Assembly: GCA_012295275.1 (NCBI GenBank) | Contig: CM022665.1 | Coordinates: forward strand, 39,804,001 to 39,868,000 | Direction: 5' to 3' | Origin: Chrysomallon squamiferum | Taxonomy: Eukaryota; Animalia; Mollusca | DNA: 64,000 bases | Part shown: in pieces, positions 53,301 through 64,000 of the stretch | How the letters are laid out: each line of letters begins with the position of its first letter | Numbering within the stretch: position 1 is the stretch's first letter | Notes under the pieces: model-generated | Told to the model about the DNA's origin: nothing | What the model saw: the letters and a program-made list of their open reading frames with translations, nothing else | The model's database searches: none | Made by a program: the position numbers and the translations under genes

Positions 53301-54977
53301 TCCCAAATGCAGTGTGCACACACATACAAGTGTATCAGTGTTCAGCTAACATCTAAACAGTGTAGGATTGATTTTTAAATAATTTCAGAGTGAAAGAATT
53401 GGAGGTTCTTCTGCAAAGAGTACACGAGAAACAGAAGAAATCAAATCCTAGCCTCAGTTTCAGGGTAAGAAGTTTCTTAAAACAAATTCTGGCATTACGT
53501 CTAAAAATACACAAACAAAATATAGATATTTTCTGTAAAATATCATGTCACATAAAATGTTTCTATGAAAGCTTGTCACTATTTAGTTTCCACTTTTCAT
53601 TAAATTTCAGAAATTGATGATACCAGTTAATCTAAAATAACTGATATATTAGGCATCTCATTGGTAAAAACTAGATATCTTTGCATTGACAGCATTGCTT
53701 AGGCTTTATCTGTATCTTATAACCATGCATTTATCAGCCACACACACACATTAGAAGAACAAAAATAAATTACACCAGTTTACATACATTAAAAATTTAA
53801 AAACAAAATAGAATAAAATAAAAAATTAAAAAATAAAAATAATAAAAATATTATTATAAATCTTGATGATGCTTGTTGTATTTGAAAATTAAACTTGAAC
53901 TGTCAGTATTAACTGTTCAAATTTCAGTCACACGTTTATCAACAAACTTCTGTTTAATTATGAGACCTATGGAAAGATACGTAAGACTAAAACAACCATA
54001 CAAAATAAAGTGTATCCAAATCCTAGGCTATGTAATAAAAGCTAATTATAACTGTAGATTTTTAATATTATTCAAGTATTAATCCAGATAATGATGCACT
54101 GATCTTTAAGTAACAATGCAATAAATATATATTCATTGATAAAACAATAGATTAATATATATGTTGTTTGATATATGTATAATAAAATTTAATTATTTTT
54201 CAGATCACACATGTATGAACTTAAATAACCTATATGTAACCACTATATTTATTTAATTTTTGGGGGGTATGAGGTTGTTGAGTGATGTGATGATTATGCA
54301 GGAATAAACATATTTCAATCAGATTGGATGTGGAAATATCAATTATTGCTTTCTTTTCTTTTTTTTTCATTTTAAAATTAATATTTTGTCTATTTATGTC
54401 TGTTCTTTCTGTTTTAATTTTATTTTATTTCTTCTTTTTTTTTTAAATCACTTTAATTTGGTATCTATTTTTTTTTTTTTAATGAAATCATAAATTTATT
54501 TTATTTTATTTTATTTCATTTCATCTTAATTTTGTTTTGTTTTATTTTTTTTTTTGTTACTTTTTTAATTTTATTATTTATTTATTTATTTATTATAATT
54601 TTTATTGTTGAAATCAATCTGTAATTGTTATGATCATATTTCAGCTATTTTTTATTTCATTTTTTTAAACAGTAGTAGTTTATTATGTTTAAACATTTAA
54701 ATATTTATTCTTTAAATTAAAAATATTTTTAAAAGTCATCATGTTACAAAAACAATCATTTTATGTAAATTATCATGGCTTTTTTCTTTTGCTATATTTT
54801 ATTCATTTTTTATTTCTTTCTAATATATTTGTCTTTTGTTATTATTTTTATTTATATATATCACTATTTTGGTAAGGGTTATATTCTTTAAAATTCTTAA
54901 TTTAAGATATTTAAAACTTTATTTGCTGATGCAAGTATACTGTCAGAGAAAACACAACCAAAAGTAGTAGTAGTAGT

Positions 54978-55013
<36 letters not shown>

Positions 55014-55575
55014 TAAAAAAAACACTGAAAAAAAAAAAAAATAAAAAAAATGAAGTAAGGCTTTTTATATAAACCTTTCCAGTAATTAATTAGTTCAGCA
55101 TTCAGAACTAATATAATCTTCAATTTTCTCTTCCACTCTTTCTTTTTTTAAATAATCTTTTAGGTTTTTTTTCACTATTTACCGTTACAAATAAGTATTA
55201 GAAAAATTGCTTTGAAAGTTGCCATGAGCACTGTTAATATATAAGTTTAAGAATTATAGCACTTAATATATTAAATATATTAAACACACTTACATACACA
55301 TATATATATTTTTTTTTCTTAGCTGGAGAATCTTTTCTGCCTTGGTTCACCTCTAGCTGTGTTTCTAGCTCTCCGAGGCATCCGTCCTCAAGGAAAAGGA
55401 ACTCTAGATCACATCCTGCCAAACAATACTTGTAAACGCCTTTTCAATATCTTCCATCCATCCGACCCTGTGGTATGTTTGTTATTTAATTTCTTTATTT
55501 TATTCTTTATTTATTTTTTGGAAACATTATCATTATTATTATTACTATTATTATTATTGTTATTAATTAATTAAT

Positions 55576-55611
<36 letters not shown>

Positions 55612-55928
55612 AAAAAAGATGATGACTGTAGTTAAAAATCACCTGGTGAGAAAATTTTAAAAATCTTTAATTAATTCAGATATAATCTGTTATCTAGTTA
55701 ATTTTACAAGTACAACAAGTTTTATTTGCTTAAATAATGTTTCCATTTTGACTAGGTATATCTAAAACAACAATATATTACTCAAACATATAAAAAATCT
55801 TTATATATATATATATATCATCTTTTTCTTTCAGTTTACCTTACTTTTCAAAACATTTTCTGATGATGGTCAAAAAAAGAAAATATTTGTCATTCACCAT
55901 AGTAATACAAAGTAATAACCTTTTTCAG

Positions 55929-55959
<31 letters not shown>

Positions 55960-58171
55960 GTTGTTGTTGTTGTTTCAGGCATACAGACTTGAACCCTTGA
56001 TTCTCAAGCACTACTCAACAATTGCCCCATTGCTTATACACTACTATGACTCTTCCAAGAAGACACCATACTTGAAGATGCAAAGAAAAGCTTATGCAGC
56101 CTTGACAGGTCCTGTCAGCGAGAAAACTACAGATGAAGAAAATGAAAATATGAAGGAAGAGTCAGAAACTAATTTAACTCCTGTGAGGAGGTCCCCTGCC
56201 CCAAAATTTTCACTGTGTAAGAATATTTATTAGGAAATTAATGAAAATATTTTACGTTTTTGGGGTTGTTTTTTTTTATAAAAAGGTAAAGTTTTTTGTT
56301 GTTGCTGTTTCTTTGCTTCTTCTTCATTTCTTTCTTTTATTTTTTTTTTAAATTTAATTTAATTTATTTATTTATTTTTAATTTATTTATTTATATCTCT
56401 TTCTTCTATTTCGTATTTTATTAAACAAATAACAGATTGTATTCTTGCTTACAAATTATCATCATTATTGTCATCATCATTATCATTATCATTATTATTA
56501 TTTTATTTTCTATATCTTCATTATCATTTTTTTCTTTTTTGTTCAGCTAAATGGATAACAGATTTTAGAACTACTAAGAAATCTGAACAAGATTTGTCAG
56601 CTGAGTTGAAAATGTTACAGAGAATGAACAAAGATGCTGAAGAAAAATTTTCAGATAATGTCATCGTTGATTCCAAAGAAATCGACAAAACAGGTTAAAT
56701 TTCTATAGTACTTTCAGAGTAAAAAAATTAATAATAATAAAATAAAATAAATAAATAAATAAATATAATATAATATAGAATAGAATAGAATAGAATAGAA
56801 TAGAATAGAATTGAATTAAATAAAATTAAAAAACATAATAAATAAATAAATAAATAATTTTAAAATAAAAAATAATATTGAAATAAATAAATAATAAATT
56901 TAAAATAAAAAATTCAATAAATATATAAATTAAATATTAAAAAAAAAAAAATAAATAAATAAATAAATATAAAATAAAATAAAAAAATAAATATATAAAA
57001 TTAAAAAAATTAAAAATAATTTAAAAAAAATACTACTAATAAAAAATAATAAATAAATTATAATGAGCAGTGCTGGAAATTATTAAACGATTCATTAAAT
57101 TGTAGGTACATTAACTGACGTTAAATATGAATAATCCACAAATATTAAAATATTTTTTAGATAAAAAACATGCACATACTTAGCCAATTCAATGAAAAAT
57201 AAAATTTTACAAATAAAGTCTAATTGTGATCCTGTTGTGGATCAAAGATTCAGCTACAAAACCCAAATCTGAATTGCACTGAACATTTTTAATTTTGAGA
57301 TTTTAATGGAAAAAGCTAATGACTCCCAACAGACTTTTCTGAATTTCATATTGAAGAAGTTAATTATGTATATCTTAGCAATTTGTATAATAATTATGTT
57401 AATTATGCATTATCATTGAAATAAGGTTTGTGAATATTTACATAAAACTCAGAACTTTCTAAACATAGTTTAATCCTGATTTGATACGCAGGTTTATAAT
57501 TATACTATTATTGTTGTGTTATTTTTAATTTCTTGAATATTATATATTTTTCACTCGCTTTTACTTTTTCTGAACAAATATCTGATTTATTTTGCTTTTT
57601 TTTTATTCTGAGATCTTATTTTTAAATTTTTTTCTCATTTTTTTTTTTTTAATTTAATATAATTTATTTTGTAAAAAAAAAAAAATTTTATGGTATGAAT
57701 TTTTCCTTTTTTCGTTTTATTTGTATATATATGTAATATATTCTTTTTTAATTATAATATTTCTCTTTTCATTTTGAATGACATGATATAAGTTTTTAAA
57801 AGTGTATCACAATTTTTTTTTTTTCTTTTGCTCATTGTTTAGGAGTAGGTAAGTGATAATTTTTATTCTGACTCTCAATTGTTAAGAGTAATTTGAATCT
57901 ACATTCTTATTTATTTCTTTTTTATTTTACATTTTGTTTTGTTTATACACTTTATTTATTCATTTGTATATTATGTAGGTATAAAATTAAACTGTTTCAG
58001 ATTTCTTTTTATTCATTTTATTACATATTATTATTTTTTTTTAATTATTATTACTATTATTTTATTTTATTTTTTGTTTATTTATTTATTTATTTATTTT
58101 CATTTCATTTCATTTCATTTCTATTTTTATTTTTATTTTTATTTTTATTTTTATTTTTATTTTTATTTTTA

Positions 58172-58202
<31 letters not shown>

Positions 58203-58434
58203 TTTTATTTCATTTTTTATTTCATTTTATTAATTTATATAGTCTTAAATAAACCTTCATTTTTTTTTTTTTTCATTTCTTTTAGAGCTTGAATATCGCC
58301 TTGACTACCAGCTGAGAGAAAGAAGTCTGGAAAACAGCTACATGGCAGTACTGACATCACACACATCATACTGGAGCAACAAAGATGTTGCCTGCTTCAT
58401 GGTCATGCATCTGTTGTGTGAATCCGTGGACTAG
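44030..58434 (+). CDS. DDHD1: Phospholipase DDHD1 (phosphatidic acid-preferring phospholipase A1), ~683 aa
   Basis: 14 GT-AG exons in frame (2052 nt): 44030-44414, 44802-44963, 46337-46465, 47199-47337, 49299-49411, 50379-50485, 51013-51124, 51384-51460, 51920-51987, 53389-53464, 55323-55472, 55979-56216, 56547-56693, 58286-58434. Motifs: EVRWFY, FIGYDSLRIE, VRGGLYDVD, HLVFVVHGIGQ, EFLPVEWRS, lipase AHSLG, FCLGSPLAVFLALRG, NIFHPSDPVAYRLEP, RLDYQL, SHTSYW. No SAM domain seen, which favours DDHD1 over DDHD2/SEC23IP. Confidence 0.95.
48590..49304 (+). repeat. Degenerate ~65-77 bp tandem repeat containing copies of the DDHD1 exon-5 splice acceptor
   Basis: TATATTATTTTTATTTCAG|TTTAAG-like copies with AG ending at 48661, 48864, 48929, 49073, 49148 and 49221, and the true acceptor at 49298. 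Confidence 0.85.
49498..49618. repeat. ~25 bp minisatellite, 5 copies
   Basis: TAGATCACCCA(A/G)GG core repeated five times with variable ~10 nt tails, in DDHD1 intron 5. Confidence 0.8.
52018..52975. repeat. 45-bp minisatellite, ~21 copies, in DDHD1 intron 9
   Basis: Consensus CTGAAATAAAAACACTGACAGTTACACTGATTTTCAAACTTTTAT, which gives 15-aa periodic ORFs on both strands (LIFKLLSEIKTLTVT). Copies are more degenerate at both ends. Confidence 0.93.
57843..57848 (+). CDS. DDHD1: Candidate 6-nt microexon of DDHD1 (adds Gly-Val)
   Basis: ttttttttttcttttgctcattgtttag|GAGTAG|gtaagt: long pyrimidine tract, perfect donor, and symmetric phase 1 matching the flanking exons. Confidence 0.7.
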   Translation, partial: E

Positions 58435-60499
58435 TGAGATCTCACATGTAATGTTTCATACATAAACTGAAGTTTTTTAATCTTCTAAACAAATCTAGTC
58501 TTTGCATTATTTTCTCATAATCAGTATTACAAAAGGAGATAAAAAAAAAAAATAATAATAATAATTTTTAAATCACATCCCTATACAAATATAATTACTC
58601 TTTCAAAACACGTGAATATATACACCCACATGCAGACATGTGCACACATATACACATTCCCAAATGTTACAGTAGACACACATTTACGTAAATGCATCAT
58701 TTGTCCATCTTTCCCTCCATGCATGCTTGCATGCAACGTTAACTTTGCAAATTTAAATAAAAACCGGATTTTATTTCATTCTTTTAGTAGCAGAAGGAGA
58801 CGAAAAACCAAAACTATGAAATGGTTTAACTATTATTATTATTTCATCTATCCATTTTAGTTTATTTTTCGATATTAAATAGCTGATCATTAATTTATAG
58901 AAAACTGCTGATTATACATGTTAAAACACTTGTTCTGCTGTGTGGTTTTTAGTTTTTTGTTGTCTTTTTCCATTTGTTAGTGGTTTTTGTTCATGTTGCA
59001 ATTGTTTTTCTTATTGTCTCATGCCAGATGGTGGTTTTTACAACAGATGAATTTACAACTGTGTGACCTACAGATAAGAATGAAATTGAAAAAGAATATA
59101 GAATTTTCAATTCAGTTGTAAAAAAACATATACATTTTTTTTTGTTATTTATTGAAACTGGATACCAAAAGAATATTTGTTTCTATTTTTTTTTTTTTAA
59201 TACATTATATACTTCATAGCTGTAGAAGTAAAATAATGTTTATTATGGAATAACTGGACTAAAAATGTTATACCACTAAGAGTCACTAAGTTTAAAACTT
59301 GCAACAGATTTGCAAAATTTACATTACATTTGAAAGTTAAATAAATGCTTTTTAATAAATCTGTAAAAAAAATACAAATAAAAAAGATACAAATAATGAT
59401 AATAAAAAAAAAAATACAAATAAATAAATAAATAAATAAATAAAAAAAAAATTATTGTTATACTTTGTTATTAGCAAACATTGGTCATCAGTATAAAATA
59501 AAACAATAGTTAGGAATTATAAAATAAATAAATAAATATATATATATATTTATATTTATGTTACTAATTTGTGTTCTTATTAAATATTATTTTTACCAGG
59601 ATGAATATTTTTAATTTTATGTTATTATTATTATTTATTTTATTTTTTTTAGTGTTGATTACATAATGAATGTTATATTAACATTCTTGTTTCTCTCATG
59701 TTCTACTAACTGTGCTTTCAGAATTTGTTCTCTGTAAATAATTTTCTTTTCCATCCAAAATGTTGATTTGTTTATTTGTGCAGGCATATTTGTGTTGTAA
59801 AGATTATTTTTTAATTCATTTTAAAAGATAAATTTGTAATAATGTATATAATTTTTAAAATTATAGATAAATATATTCGTCCATATGTGCCTATACGTAG
59901 CAGCCTAAAAAAGAAAGTAATACAGTAAGAAATACCGTAAAATGTACTTAAATTTTAGATGACTATATAATTTTTTAATTTTATTTTATTTTAACTTATT
60001 TGTTGCTAAGATAATTTCAAAAAAAATTATCAGTGGATTTTTTTATTGAAATATAATTCATTTATTCAAATACATTCTAAGGCTGTTGAAGTTGATGTTT
60101 CATAATAACAACAACAACAACAACAACTACAACACACACATACTGTACGCATTTTTATATAATTATATTTCAATGAAATATTCATTTTAAGTGCATTTTA
60201 TTGTATGAAATAATATGTTTGATTGTGAAGAAATACATACATTTATATCAGTATAAGATACACAACTTTCTTTGTTTTAAAAAGTGAAAATGTTATTGTA
60301 CCGTGTCATCTGCACAAATCTAGGTGGCAGTTTCTTTTTCTTTTTTTGTTTATTTAGTTTGTTATTTTGCTAACTAGTTATTTTTGCACTGTTGATAACA
60401 TTTCTGTTGATTATTGATAGCATTGTTCATTCTTTTTTTTCTTTTCTTTTTTTCAGGTCACGTTAACTTTGTTTAATTAAATAATTAATTTTATTTATT

Positions 60500-60547
<48 letters not shown>

Positions 60548-62334
60548 TTTATAATTGCGTGCATTTTTTTATCAGTATCATGATCACCAACTTTTCTGTT
60601 CTTTAGACTTTTATAAATCACTTTCATATTGCTGTAGCAGGTAGTCTTTGTTTCCCTATTTTCTTTCTTTCTATTGTTTTTGTATGTTTCTTTTTTTCTG
60701 TGATATTTTATTGCACAATTGTCCCATTTGTTTCAAGATTTTTAAAATTTTATTTAATTATATATACACATTCTACTGTCAGTTCTTGTATGTTAAAAGA
60801 TAATTATTTATTGAAAATGTATAAAAAAAACACACAATTTTATAATAATAATAATTATTATTATTTATTATTATTATTATTATTATTTTATAATTTACTT
60901 ATTAACTTATTTATTTTTTTCTTGTTTATATATGTATATTTCAAAACTCTCATTGCTGATTTTGATGTAAGTTCCATTTTGCTGAATTTATTTATTTTTA
61001 CATGCATATTTGTGTTTACAGCAACCCCAAAGTGCCAGAATTATTTTGTAATTTTTAAAGTTACTTTATCATTTTGGTGTTTGTAGAGGCATTAGAGTTT
61101 TATTATTATTTAATTATTTGTGATTTAAAAAAAAGAAGAAGAAGAAAATGAAATTATATTGTACAATATTAATACTTGTTAGACAAAGAAAAGTTTTAAA
61201 ATTATTTGTTTAATTTCCACACAATATATTTTTGTTTTTTTATGTTGGTAACAGGGACATTTTATTGCATGTTAATATTAACTGATATATCCAGTGAAGC
61301 TTTTTTGCTAGCTATGCATAGCACAAGAAACATACAGATTCATATCTTAAAAAAATATCCTAATATCATTTGTCATTTGTTTACAGGTATCTTTATTCAT
61401 AGGCATAGACATAAGGATGGGGAAAACAAAATCTAAGCATAAAAATGCTAAACCTTAGCATTAACATAAACTCTGTAGACATGAAAATAAACATTGGTTT
61501 TAATATAAGAATAAACTTTTAAGAATGTCCAGGCATTTCCATAACTTTTACCCTTGACATAAATGTAATCTGAAGCATAAGCATGTCTTGAGATAGGCAT
61601 ATTATATCAGCCTAGCATAATTATGTAGACAGTTTTTAGCAAATATCTTACCTTCTGGAGTTTCTTCTCATAGCAAATAATCTGAGTAACAGTATTTTAA
61701 TCCTAGCTTAGGCATATTTTTTAACTAAAGGATAGGCATTCATTCATAAGCAAATATAAGCATGAGAAAGATAAGCATAAATATAAGGATAAGCATAACA
61801 TAACTGTTTTGTACAAGTAATAAACCATTTGAAAATATCATGGCTTCCAGAAAAACAGAATTAAATGAAAAAACAGCTTTAGAAGTGTCTTAATTTGTAT
61901 ATGTTAAATGCAGTCTTGTTGTTTACTTTTCATTGTTTTTTTTATATATTTTAAGTATAAATTTAAATGTCTTGGTGCAGAACACTGGAAAATCCTGAAA
62001 TTACCCCGAATTGAGATTACCTCCACTCTCAGATTTGCCAGATAAATGATCTGGTACCTGTACAATTTATCAGTTTTTAAATGTATTTTGTTTTGTTGGT
62101 TTGTTAGAAACATTCCATGTCATAAATAACTCAGGGACACATAGTTGACAGAATAAATTTCCATGACAAATGATAATTCCAAGAAAATAACTTTGGCACT
62201 AAAACAAATCTCCATGTTAGGCAATTCTAAGTTGTAATTAACAAATTAAATTAACACATTGTTAAATATTTGAAGTTTTGTTGTAAATCTAGTGATCTTG
62301 TTGGCCTTTTTCCTTTTTCTTTTCTCTGTTTCTT

Positions 62335-62373
<39 letters not shown>

Positions 62374-62465
62374 GAAAAAGAGCCCTGTGTGAAGGCACTT
62401 GAAAGCTAATAATTTTAATTATAACTTCAGTTTGTTTTATTTTTGGGCCCAAATCTGTTAGGAAA

Positions 62466-62500
<35 letters not shown>

Positions 62501-64000
62501 CTCTAAATTCAGTAGAAAATTGTTTTAAAGTTACTTTATTGTTGGTTTATGTAAGTGTGGATGCTAGCCACTAGCTTGTTCACATAGTTTCCACTGTTAA
62601 AAGCTTTGCTGGCATGGCTGTTAAGATTGTTGAACCTAACAAAGTTTCCTTGTTTTATTAAGGAAAAAATAGTTCAGGGTTATGGGAAATTTTACCTTTT
62701 TTCATGTGCTTTCATTTACCACAACAGTTTGACTGTGATTGTTTTTATGAAAAAAATATTTTAATGTTCTGATTTAGTTATTCTTTAAATATTGTATAAA
62801 TGTCTTCTTTAAATCCTTTTTGTAAATATACAAGATGAATATTTCCTTTTTTAATTCTATTACTATTATTGTTTATTTAATGTAGTTTTTACATTTTCAG
62901 AATATTACTTTGTCATACTTTATCTGTTGTTTCTCTACAAAATTGTTGATTGTTGAATGAAATATAAATTATTTTCTCAAAGAAAAATATTCTATGGTGT
63001 TGACTGAAAAATACACATCTGACAGAAACATCACCAGTAAAAAATGTTCTATTCTTTGAATTCATATGAATTAAAATTCATTTGTTCATTTGTTTTTGTT
63101 TTTATATTTAAACATTATTTATCTGGGTTGAATTTAAAATAAGTGGGGTTTGTTTGAAAATTAAAATGTAATTGTATTGTTTTTATTGACTTCACAAAAC
63201 TTTATTTGGTAACTGCCATATCCTTCATACTTTTATTTTATATGTTTTTAAATAAATAGATAAAAAAAGAAAACAAAATCTACCATATAAAATAAAAATA
63301 GAAAAAAGAAAAGGAATAAAGGTGAAAAAGAAAATTTGATACATTATTATGACTAAGGATTTGTTAATATAAAGAAGATCTAGAAGAAAACAACAAAAGG
63401 AATAAAATTATATACTTATCAGCGACAGAAAGTGAAACTTCAGTGAAAAAAAAAATAACATGAAGATAAACAAGAAAACATCTTACAATTAACAAATTTT
63501 CTTATTAACGAACAGACAACTCTGTTTATCTTGATTAAATTAAATTCATATTAATCTTTAGACTTGGCATTAGATAATAAATACTTAAACTAAACATAGA
63601 TAAATATATTTATAAACACACACACACACACACACACACACATTTGGAATTGGCTCTGTACAGGAAAAAGCTGGTATCTTATAAGAAAATAACCAGTTAT
63701 TTATTTTATCCTGGAGTTATAAATAAATTAGTGGTTTTATTTTTCAACTCATCTCTCGAAAGTAATAGTTTCATATGTTTTGATTTAGTTTTCTCCTACA
63801 AAAACTATATATCAAAATAGTTTGTAAATAATAAAATTTATTGTTAATTTTTTTTAAATGAAAATTATATTCAAAATGGTTTTTCAACATCTAAAGCAGC
63901 AATTAAACACTAAAGAAATATATTTTCCAAAATATTATATAGGTAGTAAGTAATTTATCAAACTAAAAATAGTTTTCTTCCAAAATGTTAAAAATATTTA

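Noticed and set aside
58383-58395. 13-nt identity (AGATGTTGCCTGC) between the B subunit and the last DDHD1 exon, plus 10 nt shared with the SMIM12 start and 9-nt complementarity to module A
   Set aside because: Matches this short are expected by chance between a multi-kb repeat and a 64 kb window. The gene matches are sense rather than antisense to a + strand RNA.

Overview
AT-rich, microsatellite-rich, intron-containing animal genomic DNA. The 7B2 architecture suggests a mollusc or other lophotrochozoan (inference). Left to right: (i) three calmodulin-like paralogues with calmodulin-type exon structure (two on -, one divergent on +), with a variant tRNA-Lys(TTT) in an intron of the first; (ii) a complete neuroendocrine 7B2 gene; (iii) a ~12.8 kb nested tandem array (27.9-40.7 kb); (iv) SMIM12 (-) head-to-head with (v) a 14-exon DDHD1-type phospholipase A1 gene (+). 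The array is the least explained part. Its outer units carry 0-7 inner ~205-245 bp subunits, its unit types are arranged in mirror order, and each inner subunit has a fixed-length 34-nt hypervariable window, a box C/D-like motif and a short ORF. A 32-nt exon-like element recurs between outer units. DDHD1 contains a strong 6-nt microexon candidate and a ladder of duplicated 3' splice sites. All gene models were spliced by hand from GT-AG signals and frame continuity; no database search was run.
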